A DNA stretch of 64,000 nt, from positions 625,453 to 689,452 of the forward strand of contig NW_003314294.1 in NCBI RefSeq assembly GCF_000143415.4. Reading direction: 5' to 3'. Position numbers and translations under genes: made by a program. Below are positions 49,894 through 64,000 of this stretch, piece after piece. The notes below the pieces were generated by a model that was given only the letters and a program-made list of their open reading frames with translations, was not told the DNA's origin and did no database searches. The stretch is from Selaginella moellendorffii (lineage: Eukaryota; Plantae; Lycopodiophyta). Position 1 is the stretch's first letter. Every line of letters begins with the position of its first letter.

Positions 49894-52800
49894 GTGAAAG
49901 CCCAAAGCATTCGTCTCCTAGACCCTAGGGGGTTTGGTGAGCTCCAAAAGTATAGTAAGGGGGAGGACTGCAGTCAAGCCAATTTGGCCAGGAAAGGCTA
50001 GTTTGGCGTAGGAAGGCCATACCCAATGTTGGGTGATGAGCTGCCCACTGGGAAGTCCAAGACTAGAGTGAACACGAACTGACAAGAGGGGTAGCTTGGT
50101 GAAGTGTTCAAGAGCCGGTTCTAGTTCCCCTAGGAGATCGACTGGCCGATGCTCCCAGTCCAAGTGTGGGTGGCACTACCTACTTGGATACCAAGCGTGG
50201 CTCAACGGAACCTCGCTCTAAGCCCATGGCTAGAGCACCCAAAGGTGGAAGGCAGGGAGAGTACCTAGGAGGCTCGCGTAAGGCCATGGTGTTCTGAAAT
50301 GTTGCCCCAAAGTCCCAGACTGTGAAAAGGAAGAGGAGCCGTCCTCTAGTGTAGAGACCAAGGATACAGTCATGTGAGGAGGAAGTCCTAGAGGACCGAG
50401 GGACTTAGTGGTCAGGCTTGTGGGCCTTGATCCAGTGGCAGTGTTGGCAAACACGGCCATGGACAAAAAGGGACTTTATGGGGACTGGAAAAGGGATATT
50501 GGGGAAAATTATTCCCCATGTCTGTGGGCATCCTAAGGATGCTAAGGAGTAGATCTGGGATGATCACTCATGGATGGATGGCCCAGTCTTTGGGAGACAG
50601 GACTGTGGTGTAGGTGGTGTCAGACCACCGTGTGACCAAGGTGAATGGGCATGGCCTTAGCGTAACGGGCTGATATGTCGGTGGTACCTTGGGGTGTCAG
50701 TCATGGGATCGGACACGTGGAACACTTAGACCAAGTGCAATGGTTGAGTGGCATGGATGCCATTCTTGGGGCTAGCAAGTCCCTAAGTCCAAAATAGGAC
50801 TTACGGAGGTTGTGAGTGAAACTCCTTCAAGTGGTCGGAGGTGTGATTAAGTGACTAAAGTAGAATGGAAAATTTAGTCATTTACATTCTAACAAATGGA
50901 ACAATGAGCATGAAACTCAAGGAACCAAAAGCTCAAAGAAGCCTATAGCCAAGTCATGCCTAGTAATGATCACAAGTCTCGCATGAACTAACTTCAATGC
51001 TAAAGAAGAAAATCATGGTAAAACCTACAATATCCTCCTCAACACATCCATAAGTTAAATTTTATAATGTCAAAGCTAATGAAGAGCATGTTTGCATCAA
51101 TTCAAAAGCTAAGCATAATGAAATTATGCTCAACAGGTGATCACTAAACTGATCCTCCATGAATCCATCTATAGCAAGACATAACTCACTTCATAACAAG
51201 CCCAAGAGAAATCATCAATAATTGATATATCCTTAATTCAAATTCAATAAAGATTCTATCACTTCAATATCAATCACTAACTCTTTCATTTATAAGGATA
51301 ATATAGTCCATGAATGAATCACTTTTCAAGGAAAAGCCAAAGCTCAACCCTCTACTAAATAATTTTGTTTAGAACACCACTAACTCAAACTTGGCACTCA
51401 GTTTGTTTGAATGTCAACACAGTTGCTAACTAGCAAATGCATGAATGCCAATAACACAAAGCCATAGCTAAATCATCAACACTATCTTCATCAAGACTAA
51501 TGGAAATTCAATGTCAATCCTAAGGAAAAACATTTCATTTCACTTGAATCTCAACATCAATAATGTCAACGACAAGACATCACTTCAATGCCATCAGGAC
51601 CAAAACAAAGCTAAAAGAAAGCAAGAGTGAATCACCACTCAAAGCTCTTTAGCAACTAAGTTAACCAAAATTGGAGATACTATACTTAGTATCTGAGACT
51701 AATTCTTCAACAATACTAAGTTACAGATAACACATCATCAAGGAGTGATTCACCATATCCAAGATTTAATGAAATCTAACACCATGAACTAAACGCAACC
51801 AAATGATATCAATAAAGGTAGAATTGATATGCCAACATAGAAAACCCATGTAAGTCTAACGACACAATCCTCCGCAACACTATCCGATAAAGCAAGCCCA
51901 TCACTGTAAATCATCATCGAGCGAAGCAAGTGTCAAATAATCCTCGACAAAGTCTACAAGCAATTACTAGTTGCAAAGCAACCAACAATCACTTTTCAAC
52001 TTGCCTTCACAAGACCCAAACACCAACTCTTATCATCAAATTATATACTTGTCCAACATGAATGTGATATCCCAGGTATGAGATAAAAGTTCATAGACAA
52101 GCACAAACTAAATGACTACTCAATCCAACTCAACCGCGATAAGCTCACTAATGCATTTAGCCAACAACTTTGAGCATGCCTTGAAGAGGCTAACTATTCA
52201 TGATCAACACTCAGCCGAAACTAAAGTGAAGACCGCAAGATGGACTCATATCGGTACACAACCTCCTCTTAGACAAAGCTATAGTACGGGTAACAACATT
52301 TCAATTGCAAATAACTAAGTTGGACATCACTATCATCAACCAAGGTGCAGGGCCACCAAGACTAAGTCAAGATTAATGAGAGCTCACTACTCCCATAGAG
52401 TTTAACGAAATGCAAGGTGCAACCTACCACCAAACAAAACACTATAGAAGAAAGGTACAAGAGTCACCTTTCTAGAAAAGTGCAATGGCCACTTTTCTAC
52501 ACCAACTCCAGACTCTATCTAACTCAATTGCTTTAGCCTCAAAAGTTAGCATCTCTTTCAGGCTGCATCATACAAACTATCTACTAAGGTCTAATCTAAC
52601 CTATGTCAACTCTAACCCCATCACTAGTTTGTACTAGCTTACGAAAATAAAATGGTTTTCGAGCAAAATGATCAACAGATCAGCCATTGGAAAAACTTAA
52701 GAAAATTTGCGGAAAATTTTCCATCCTAGAAAAAGAATAACCCTTAGTCCAGAAATGCAAACTTTCAAGACTCAACCAACTTCCTCTTACTAGCAACTTC

Positions 52801-55800
52801 ACATAAGTTCACCTCAACATAAATTCTTATGACCCAATAGTATGCTTAAGCATCGAACATATTTGCCCATTTTTCCGACATCCGTAAAAATGCAAAATGA
52901 ACATCCAAGGCTTGATCACAAAGACCATATCTTCAAATATCCACATTGCACTAACACTCTTCTTCAATTACTTTCAAGATCTAATGTGAAGCCAAAACAT
53001 TAACAAAAAAAATGACATGGAAAATCAAGCTTTCAGGAAAATTCCTCATCACTCAAACAACAATGTCACTTCCACTAACACAAGTGCTAGTGATGTTAAT
53101 GCCCCAACTACACATTTTCTCCATCTAACAATTTGCTCCAAGTGCTAACGGATCAACTGATAAGCTATAGCAAATGAATGCTACAACCCTTTCCAACACC
53201 TAATGGGCAAACCCTCAAGGAATAAGGAACCAACTTAAGCTTAGCACAATGGATCACCATCAAGAATCTAGTCAAAGCTACTACAATGCTACTTTGTGCA
53301 AGTAGACTAACTTCACTATCAATCATTTTGGGTTAATCATCATTTACCCAAGTAACTCCGTAAACACATTACTCATTATCACATGGATATGATATATAAT
53401 CACAATGAATTGATCATCAATTGAGCAACACCACAAGCAACACTCATTCCATTAATTCAAAGATTTACGTGAATATCAAGTGTCAACTCGATTCAACAAA
53501 ATGCTACATAAATACTATATTCCATGGGTAGAGATTTACAACACTTAATACCATTAACTTTTATTCATGACACAGACAAGCTCATGCCACTCTTTTTCCG
53601 ACCAAACTCAAAACTAATTCAACACCAAGCTACTCAAAGAGTAATAGCAAGGTTCTCTAGAAAAGAATTGAGCATTGTAACCCAAGTCTTCCAATGGCAA
53701 GCCTAGACAAAATGGTTTAGCGCTTCACCGCTATCCATTCCATAACTCACCATTTGCAAGACCACCATAACCAACATGCATCAAGGTAGGAACTTTTGAT
53801 TGCATACATGAGCAATAAGTCACACCTCATTACAAATCATCTCTCCAAAAAGAGAAAATGATTTACATGTTTGATCCTTTGTCCCTGACAACTCTCTTTT
53901 CGGTCTCATCTTTGACCAAACTTCAAGCTTGCTTTCGCACTACCTTTAGTCCAATCCAAGAAAAGTTTATGAGAGAGCATGGCAATAACTACTTAAATCA
54001 ATAGACTAATCCCTACAATCTTGATTGATCCATTTGTAATCATGCCTAAGAAGGATCCACTAGTGCTGTGCTAAACAGCTACGGACCAGCCTATTTGCCA
54101 CTCATAACAAACCTAGGGAGGTTTGCTTTCACCCACGGTACATGGAACAACTCATGGAACCACCGGTAGGCTAATATTAATCTTGCCAACTCAAAGTGTA
54201 TCCTCGAGTTGCTAATGTGCCTCACTCATGAGCCCAAGCGTAAACTTGTGCAACCGGAACAACTCAGTCCACTCTATGGGCCCAAAAGCAAGCTCACATA
54301 ATATGGAACAAAAAGGTAACCAAATTTCATACCCAAGGAACGAATGCAAAGCCTTTGCACCCAAATGTGTACCCACTCAGATCATTGTTTTCATCTTTGC
54401 GTATACAATGAAACTAATTGCCCAATCTCATTAGATAGTACTCGCTGAGACTCATCCTCTAATACCAAATGTAATGCACGTGGTTTTGACCCTTTATCCT
54501 ATGGTGATTTACCATAGGATAACACCACGAAGAGGAACCTAAACCCTTCATGTGCCATGTGACAGATGCCATATGTCCAAATGAACGTGGTGTGGAACCC
54601 AAGGTTCAGAACCTTAGGCCACTGAACGAAGGAACGGTGCCAAACCCCCAAACATGGAGCCAAGGAGTGATGGAACCGAACCACGGAGCAACTCCCAAGC
54701 ATACAGCCCAAGGAGCGAAGGGACAAGAGCCCGGAGCGACTTAGAACAGTCCTAGAGCAATCAGCATCCCAATGCCAAGACCAGCACGCAAAATGGAGCC
54801 AAACGGAGTTTGGCACTATTTCAGCATACCAGTGGCCTAACGTAAGGATATGGGTATTCCCCCAGCTAGCATGGAATGGAACTTGGGTTTAAACCCAAGC
54901 TGGATGCAGAACAAGGACAAGCACACAAGCAGGAGCTAGACTATGCCTCAGGTTGGTTAGCCATGCCGGACCTACCCACTATCCCTACTATACATTTGGA
55001 ACCCCCCACATCCCCCCCCCCCCCCTCCTTCCCTTGAGGAACACATGCTTTGGGCTTTCACCCCAAGTCTCCTTTAGTATCAGGAGTTAGTCTCTAGGAC
55101 AAGCTCAAAACTTACTAAATATAAAATGGCGCTAAAATGCGAATTTAGACACGGGATGAACACCATTGTGTTCAAGCCAATCTCTACATTCCGTAAATAT
55201 GCCAAATGAATAGATCTAGACACTTTCCATAAATAGCATTTGGGACCGAAATGAGACTAACACAAAGGGCATGATAGCAAGGGTGTTTGGCAAACACAGT
55301 AAGCTATCATATAGCGAACATTGAGGGACCATGCTCAATATCGCGGGGGTTCCCAACACTAGCAAGTGCAAGTCAACAAATGAGTTTCTCTAACCAGGTC
55401 AAGTATGCTTGACTAAATAGACACTTAGGAATTCCTTCCTTATGCTCATCTAGTCAAGTGCACATGTGAAGACCAATTTCTCAACTAGCTTAGGCAAAGA
55501 CTAATAACAAGTCTAGCAATACCGACCTCCTGCCGTCGTGGCAGTAAGAAAAATGTGTCCGTAAGGACTGGCCGACAAGTAACTCTCGATACCCGAAGTC
55601 ATATTCGCGACATCCACATTCCCAAATGAATAATAAGGACCAAAAGTGTAATATAGAAATTATGGTAGTGAAATGAAATTAATATTCTCACATTCCTTTG
55701 CATTACAACTCTTATTCATAAAAAAAAATCTTTTGAATGAAGGAATAGTATGTATAATTGTAAAAGTAGTCAAAACATTAAATAGTCAAATCAAAATATG

Positions 55801-57297
55801 ACAACTGTAATAGTAGTTATAATAAAATAATATAACTTTACAAAAGATAGGTTCTTGTGAACTTACAACTCAATCTTATAGAAACTTTTAACTCAGATAT
55901 TTATATATTTCAATATTTTAAAGTTTGCTATTTTTGGTTTGGTTAAGCAAACCTGTAGGAGGACTGGGATGGTAATGAATATACTTAGAATATGCTTGGA
56001 TATTCTTGGATATTCTATCATCCAATGGTGGTTGTTCATTTAGATTAATTTCATATTTATAATTTATAAACTTTTCTAACCACTTTGTATCATCATGAGC
56101 ATACGTGGTTTTTGGAGCATGAGCCAAAGAAATTGTGTAATGTATAGTGCATTGGTTGGGCTCTATGTCCATAATGGCAATTGCAAGGGAGCTCTCAAAG
56201 TTCCACTGCCAAGGTCCTCAATCTAGGATCTGCCATAAAGCAGAGAATCTGGAGCCAAGACTGGATGGACGAAGCAGCCAGAGATCCACATGAAGGGAAG
56301 AATGAAAAATAGGAGGAGCGCTCATAAAGGCCTCCCAGCCTCAATTGTGACAAGCATGAAGCATTGAAACCAGCTCAGGGATTTGAGTAGTGCCCCCTCG
56401 AGATCAATCATGATGCTATCGTTGTTCCTGGCCGCTGCATTGTCCACTGGCTCCAATGGATTGCTCTTGCCTCATATTTGGACTAGTGAATCGATTGAGA
56501 ATTGGCTCTCCCTGGAGGTTTGAGCTGAGAGCCACGATCCAGGATCAGAAACCCACTGATTGATTGCCCAGAATCAATCCATCAACCTGGAACGCATCTA
56601 TGGATGGAGCTTAGATCTTCCTCTGTATGGCTCCCTATTATGTGAGTGGGCAGTGGGTTGAAAACAAAGATCAATGGAGGACAATCTTTCTATTCCTATT
56701 CATTCCTCTTTTCTAAAGTGACCGATGGAGAGATTGTAACAGCTGAGGAGTAAAGTCAGGCTGCTTCTAGCTTCAGCTTGGTCGATGATGGGAAGTATCT
56801 GGCAAGGATGTTTACAAATGAGAAGAGTCAATGCATGAAAAGGTTGAAAAGGTTCGGAAGGTTTGAATTGGTTTATTGTCTACCGTAACCCTAAGTTTGG
56901 CAAGTTGACGGATTTAAATTTTTAGCTCAAAGTTTTATCTTATTTTGTTTTCAATCCTTCAAAGTGAAGTCTAGTTTATTTTTGGATCTTTTTACTAGTA
57001 TAAATTAACTAGAGGTAATTCTGTTTAATCAATCACATAGATATGTCAGATTTGGATTGTGCTATGGATATTGTTCACTAGTCACCCGCTGAGGATTTGT
57101 CTACAGAATCAAATTCTTATGAAGGTTTGGTTTTTCTCTTTTCTTGATTTATTTCTCTTTGGTTTTGTAGTTTCACAAGCAAAGAGGACAAAGTTGACCA
57201 TCCTACACTTGTCTTTGAAAAAGCAAATTCAACCAAAATTCTTGAGCTGAAGTTTTTATCTACGTATGGTTTTAAAATCGTTTTTTTTTCTGTAGTT

Positions 57298-58529
57298 TTG
57301 ATTTGCTTTTTGCCTAGGTATGGAACTTATAAAGTTCATCTTGCAAAGAACACTCTGCAAAGTGCAAAATACTTAACTTATATAATGGATTGTACAGATA
57401 TGCATGGCTTGCAAACTTTAACTGTATATGGCAATTCATCCATGTGTGCACGATTATATAATAAATTTATGGTTGGTAAATGTTTCTCACTTACAAGGTT
57501 TGTAATTTTTTTTAAAAAAATTAACAAGATTATAATTCTCTCACTGCAGATGGGTTGAACGACAGAAAAACCCAGTTTACCACCATAGAACTTCAGAAAA
57601 AGTTCTTTATATTACAGATTCTTCTATCATTCAAATTATAGATGATTTTGATGTTAAATTAAGATTACAGTCAACTAGAGGAGCTTCTATATCATCTTTA
57701 ATGGCTACTAGAGTTTATCCACAAGCTATACATGTTGTTGTAATCAACACTGGTGTTTTTCCTAAAATAAAGATTGCTTCTTCTGATAATCCTTTGGACG
57801 TAACTATGGTAATGTTTTTTCCTATTTAAGTTTTTATTTCTAAGATATTTTCACAGCTCTATATGCATCTGGAGCATGAAGAGCAATATCATCATATTGT
57901 AGCAGATTTATATGCTGGATATATGCCAAAGTTTTTATTTTTTAATATTATGAAAAGCATGAGTGTATTAGGTGATTTGGAAGTACTTTATTTTTGCCAC
58001 TAGTTGATTCAAATGAAATTCAGAGGCTCAATGAAGTTTATAAAACACACCGTGGTCTCACTTCTAAAGACAAGGTAATGTAAATTGTTTACATCTACTT
58101 CAACTCTAACTTCCAATTATACAGATTAGTGGATATTTCATTCCTAACAACCAACAGAGCTTCACTCAAGCTGAAAGTCTTTGCTCATTTTGCTCTTTCA
58201 CAATGTTAGAGCAGAGAGAAGATGGTTTTGTTGTTTGTGCAAAGTGTAAAGGGTGTTCCATCCCTCGTAAATCAGCTACAATAACTGGTTCTATTATATC
58301 AAATGACATGATGGAATATAGAGTTATAGTGCATGATAAAATGGTGGATAAAATTTATAATTTGGATGAAGGGTCTATGGTCAAGTTTGTTATGGAGTCC
58401 CCAGAAAAGATTGATGTTTATCTATCTTCAAAACCAATAGGATTCTTTCTATTAAATGAGGCAAATATTATTGTCCATTTTGAGACACCAAACAATTCAG
58501 CCATGGAAATTGCCAACAACCAGAAATAG
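57298..58529 (+). pseudogene. Probable RPA1/RPA70-like OB-fold gene (multi-exon), Helitron-associated
   Basis: YIMDCTD...TLTVYG...LYNKFMVGKCFSLT resembles an N-terminal OB fold; VCAKCK...ITGSI...RVIVHDKMV resembles the zinc-containing C-terminal OB fold; lies upstream of RepHel. Confidence 0.5.
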
Positions 58530-59316
58530 ATACAATAGTCTCTTGTCTATTTTTCAATTTCTTTCTCTATAATATAAATATCTATTCGTGAAATCTTGCA
58601 GTGCTTCTCTTAACAATTTTTAGATTTCAAAACACACAAACTAGAAATCCCATGGCAACAAGCCACAAGATTGCTGTTGATTGCATTGCACAATCAATTA
58701 GAGAATTAATATGTGAGAAACACAAGTTGCCTCTAAAAGCCCCTCTCAGGTAATCTACCATGTTAACATTGTATGCCTAACACCGGAATCCAAGAAAATG
58801 ATCATTGTGCATCCGGCTAGGGAATTCCTTAAGGGCTTCAGAGAAGCTGGGTGAAGAATGTGGTGTATTGCTTTCTATACTAGATGCTAAACCCCATCTT
58901 GTAGTAAATGTGCAAGAAAATGAACGTGAAAGAGCTTGAGCCATAAGCAATTCTAAATTTCAACTTTGTTGTTGATTTGTTTGACCTAGATGCTTGAAGC
59001 CGTGTACGACATTGATATGGTCACTAAAAGTCTTTGTATCTTTGACATCTCTTTGTCACAGAGCTTGCAGATCACTAAACTAAGGCTCTTGCTTCTAAAT
59101 GACCGTGCTCTTACTGGATAACTTACAAAAGAAAAACAAAACAGCTTAGAAGAAAGTTAAATGGGAAGGCAAACATACATCAAAGGTTCGCTTTGGTTCT
59201 TGGCCCTGGATGGGTTCTTGTCAGCGATTCTTTGCTGTCTGATCGCTTTGCTCAGAACAGTGAGTGTTTCCTTCCTCCTTTTGTTTCTGTTTTGTGTCTC
59301 TTACCAGATCATGTAG

Positions 59317-60300
59317 ATGGATCTTTCAAGTGAAAAGTTTGGTGAACGAGCTCAACCCGTTTACAAGGCCCTCTCGAATGATATAGTCAAAAATTTTCAA
59401 CCACAGTCATCACCAAGCTACGGCAAACTCAGCCACCAAGAGCTGGAGCTGCTGCTCTGCAGCATCAAGTCCGAACCGTTTATCGAGGACTTGCTTGTGC
59501 CTTGCCTTGTTCCAGACGTCCTAACACACCGCAAGAAAGTTGAAGACGCAGTCGTGCATGCTCGGCTCATGTTGCTAGAAGCAGACGCGAATATTTTCTA
59601 TGGCTCCTCCTTCAACTGTAAGTATGGTGCGCTTTGGTTTATCATTATCTTCTGTGTATATTACAGATGCTAAACTCAAAGCAGCAGCAAAGGCTTCAGT
59701 GACTGAGAAACAAAAGCTCCATGACAGCAGCCAGCTACTCTGGTATAGCTACTCAGTTTTCTGCTTGTATTTTTACCTTCTTCGTCTTGCTTTCCTTGCT
59801 TACAGGTACATGCTTCGCAAGAGCTGCGCGTGCTTCGCATCATTCCTAATGGAATGTGTACGAGTATGTTTACTATGCCAGTCGCTCATCTCCTGGATCT
59901 GACGATCTTGCACTTTCTGTCTCAGCTCAAAGTCGAATGCAGCTTTTGCAAGAATGTGTGACTTTGACCTCAAGAGCATCCTGTTGGGGAAGCCTGTGAC
60001 CAGGGAAAGGGTGTGCCAAGCTCATATACTTATCGACAAGGTCTCCCCAACTCCAAAGGAGGTGTACGAGGCTTTGGTTTAGAGGTAATCTATACATCAT
60101 CAGTTCTATCGCCACCTTGACATTGTCATTTGTGCTTTAGTGTCATGGAAGGTTCCAGCAGCATGAGGCAGGTTTCCAAGAAAAGGAGGGATGCACACCA
60201 CTGTAGGTAACTGAACTTGGCTACCTCGTCCAGGGCTGTCACTGTCAGTAGAGGCTGAAGATGCTATCACTACGGATTTGTAATGATGAAAATCTTCTCT
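59317..60300 (+). CDS. Unidentified small-intron gene or pseudogene, possibly Helitron cargo
   Basis: Codon-like exon 59317-~59625 followed by short GT-AG intron-like segments; no family recognised. Confidence 0.3.
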
Positions 60301-60828
60301 CTGGGCAGAAGTAGAAGTTTAAGGCACTGGAAGAGCTGCTGTCTCACAGGTTTTGGGACGACACTGTCCCTACATTTGTATCCTCTAGTATAATTTTTGA
60401 ACCTACAAAGACTTTACGTTTCCAATGGCAAAGTACTAAATCGAAACTTGAGAAACCAGCTCCAAAAACTAAAAAAGCCACGATGTTAAGCCCATTTTAG
60501 GCCCATTTAAATAAAGACTTAATATAGCTTTAGGGCATAAATGGCTTTCAACGGAATAACATTGAGAAGTAAGTAAAAGCTCTTTGATTGTTTCTACTGG
60601 TCTAGATTATCAATTATCAGCCTTCACAAAGCTGTTGATTGAAAGATAGAGAATTAATACTTGCTGAAAGTAAGCTAAAAATAGTCCATTCGGTTCGATT
60701 GTTGAATCTCTTTAAACAATCTTGATCAGCTAAATAATCATAGAAAAAACTAATCTGGATGCACCCACCTATCCGGTGGGTGTAAGGACATCAAGGGCAA
60801 TAAGGGCATTTAAGTATAAAGGGCATTT

Positions 60829-63787
60829 ATGACAAAGAGAAAATTTGAATGGACGGAACTTCTAGATGCAAAATTGTTATCAATTCAAGGATCTGCAAAT
60901 AAAAAAGCAAAAGAACTAAAATCCAACCATAATATTGATTTAACTGAGCAACAAATTGTTTCTAGATACTATTATTTATCAAGAAAGAATAAAAATGAGC
61001 AAATAAAAACTATTAATATATCCAAAGAAAAACATGAAGAACATACTTTACAAAACCAAAAAAATATATATATACAATAGAAGAAGACAAAATACTAATG
61101 GAAACTTGGAACTCACAAAAACAAACAAATGAAAAAATAAATATTTTTCGACAAAGAACAGGGAGTACTATATCAGATGAAAAACTTAAAAGAAGAGTAT
61201 ATTATATTAGAAGCAAAGAAAAAAAAACAATAAAAGAGATAGAACAACAAGAAAGTGAATATGACATGAACAATCCAAAAAGTATAAAAGCACTACAAAT
61301 GTATAATGAAGCTATACAGGATATACCGATACATCCATGTAAAATATGTAAAAGACTTTGGTTTAAATATAATAAAAAACAAGAATATGCATGCAATCAA
61401 TGCATGACAAATAAAGAAAAATATAAAAGTCCAGAAAAAATTAGAATGAATCAAATTGATCAATATACAGACCAACTAAATGATATTGAAGAGAAAATGA
61501 TAGCTCTACGTATTTTATTTGCAAATATAACAAAACCAAATCAACCTCAATATCAGCAGCGCATAAAAGGAGGAATAATAAATGTCCCTACTAATATTAA
61601 ACCAATAATTAATAAACTACCAAGAACATTTGAAAAAACACAAACAATAACAATTCAGCTGAAACAAAGATTAACTGATAAATATTATTATAAATAAGGA
61701 ATAGCCAGACCACATTATATTTATAATAGTATAAAACAATTACAAGAAACCGAACTATATAAGAAAAATAAAATTAATATAGATGAAAACTGGTTTCAAC
61801 AAGCACAAAATTTAGACAATATAGATAATAATGCACAAATAATATTAGAAAATGAATTACAACAAGAATTAAATGAAGATGATGGAAGTGTAAATCTTAT
61901 AGACAACCCTGATAATGAGATATTACCAACAGATACTATGGTAATTAGCTTCTTAAATGCAAATCAAATAGATAATTTTACAAATAAAGTTTTAGTTATA
62001 GCACCTGGTCAAGGACAACACCCATTAGGATTATTTGTATATGAAAATGCTGAAGAAATGGCATATCCAAAACTATTTGGTAGAAAACCAAGACCATTAG
62101 ACATAAAAAATAAATTTACATATCAAGAAATAATCCAATGGGAATTAATGAATGAGGATAGAAAATTTGCACGACATATTGAACATATATTTACAGCAGC
62201 AGTAAAAACTGAAATCAAATTTGTTAATCAAAATGCAGGTTTTAGATTAAGAAAATTTACTTATGAAGGAAGAAAAATCACATCAAAAGATGTGCTTGTA
62301 AATGGAAATATGGATAAAATATTAAAGTCAAATATAGGTTTTAGAGATTTAAAAAATCTAAGAACATCACCAGATAATTTGGAAGCACTAAAAAAAGATG
62401 CATTTGCCATGATAAGACAATTAGGAACACCAACACTATTCTTAACTCTTAGTTGTTCAGAAAGACATTGGGAACCATTAATAAGTGCTTTAAAACATTT
62501 AAATACAGATATATTACAAAAAGAAGAGATAGAAAATTTAAATGAAAAAGAGAAAATATATAAAATACTAAGAGCTGATCCAATCACCACAATACGATAT
62601 TATGCACATAAAACATCAGCATTTAGAAAATTATTAATGTCTAATTATCACATATTTGGAAGGAAAGTAAAAAACTATGTATTTGTCACACAATTTCAAC
62701 AATGTGGTACACCACATGAACATGCACTAATATGGTTAGAAAATCCACCACAAACATTAGAACAAATAAAAGAATATGCTAATGAAAATATATGTACTGA
62801 TTCAGAGAAACTACCAGATAATATAAAAGATGTTCAAACTCATAAACATAGAAAAACATATAAGAAATATAAAAATATAAATTGTAGATTTAATTACCCA
62901 ATTCCTCCAATGCCACAAATAGAAATCTTAGAGCCTATAAAAGACATTACAAAGCATGAAAAGGATTCATATACAATAATTTACAAAAAAAATAAAAACA
63001 ATACTAGAAGATAAAACTATACATCTAAAACATTTAGAGTTTGATGAATATTTAAAAATAATTGGAATAACATATGAGCAATATAAAGTTACAATAAGAT
63101 CGACAATAACAAATACAAAAAAAATTTATAAACGACAACCAAAAGACATAAACACAAATACTTTTAATAACAAATTATCAAATTTGTGGCAATCAAATGT
63201 AGATATATAAATTATTCTTGATCCATATGCAGCAGCATCATATTGTTTATCATACATTGCATGTATTGAAACAGAAATAACAAAGACATTATCAACTGTA
63301 TTTAAAAAATGCCAAGAAGAAGGAACAGATGCATTTAATAGAGTTCGGTTATTAGGAAATAGCTTCATACGTGGTAGGGAAATGCCAATTCAACAAGCAC
63401 TTTTTTTAATATTGTCAATCCCATTTCATCATATGTCTAGAACTGTAAAGTTCATTGATACTAAACCACAAGAAAGCGAACAAAACGTTTAAAAACAAAA
63501 AGACCTTGCAAAAATGCAAGAACATGAAACAGACATAGTAGTACCTGGACTAATTGAAAAATACATGCAAAGACCAGAAGAATTAGAAGATTTAACATTA
63601 GCAGAGATAACAACTGAATATATAGTTGAAAAAGAAGTAACAACACAAAAACATAAAAAAAAACAATATAATTAGATATATAAACTTTAGTAAAGAAAAA
63701 GATCCAGAAAAGTGGGCTTTTGAAAGATTAATCTTACATAAAAAATTTAGAAAAGAAGAAGATCTTAAAGAAATGTACATAACATAT
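60829..63787 (+). pseudogene. Helitron (Helitron2/Helentron-like) RepHel N-terminal half, with stops and frameshifts, cut by an LTR insertion
   Basis: CKIC..CNQC; KGGIINVP...LPR; LRTSPD...AFAMIRQLGTPTLFLTLS (Rep motif 1); QFQQCGTPHEHALIW (HUH motif 2); QTHKH...CRFNYP; DPYAAASYCLSY (motif 3, ~63220). Confidence 0.88.
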
Positions 63788-64000
63788 TGTAAGGAACCGA
63801 CTCCCCGAGATGTCGTAGGCTAAAGGATCCCCAAAAGCTTGACCGAAATGACAAAGAGTTCATCGGATGGGACCAAGTCGAGGATCGAGTCCAAGACCGA
63901 CTCTAGGACCGAGTTCGAGATAGAGTCAGGATCGAGTCCAAGACCGACTCGGGGACCGAGTTCGAGTCCGAGTTCGAGACCGAGTTCGAGACGGAGTCCG
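63788..64000. mobile_element. Start of another LTR-like insertion with GAGTCC/GAGACC-type repeats (runs off the window)
   Basis: Abrupt AT-rich to GC-rich switch at TGTAAGG inside the RepHel region; hexamer repeats follow. Confidence 0.6.

Larger units (their letters stand above)
42845..50886 (+). mobile_element. Family C LTR retroelement without intact gag/pol; left end truncated
   Basis: LTR1 ~42845-44336 (lacks the first ~60 bp); degenerate PBS cttagtatcggaac; PPT gggtggtggag; LTR2 48388-50886 ending TTTACA; no TSD visible. Confidence 0.85.
27207..55612 (-). mobile_element. Second complete family A LTR element, expanded to 28.4 kb by nested insertions
   Basis: LTRs 27207-28343 and 54470-55612; TSD TCCAC (27202-27206/55613-55617); degenerate PBS ~54457-54467; PPT revcomp ctctcccctcc at 28344; internal pieces are the reverse complement of 11172-16756. 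Confidence 0.95.

Overview
Plant nuclear DNA (CCCTAAA repeats, tRNA-iMet primer-binding sites, Cassandra TRIMs, predicted ~47-56 nt introns), almost entirely deeply nested transposons. It holds two non-coding LTR-retroelement families (called A and C here), five 5S-rRNA-bearing Cassandra insertions, a degenerate Mutator-like transposase, a Helitron RepHel pseudogene with an upstream RPA1-like gene, and one intact AT-rich bulb-type lectin ORF. The main feature is a 12.9-kb TIR DNA transposon (28742-41642; 24-bp TIRs, 4-bp TSD ATGC) with a Sola-like DDD transposase. It also carries a divergent multi-exon cargo gene with a ParB-like domain, a possible degenerate N4/N6-methyltransferase-like fold, an acidic tract and an FCP1-type HAD phosphatase. 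About 19 copies of a 22-bp palindrome, ATGGC(A/G)TG-N6-CA(T/C)GCCAT, are spread through this element, including four of its tiny introns. The Mutator-like transposase has its own divergent ParB-like gene with a different hairpin array. All domain calls are by-eye motif recognition; no database searches were run.
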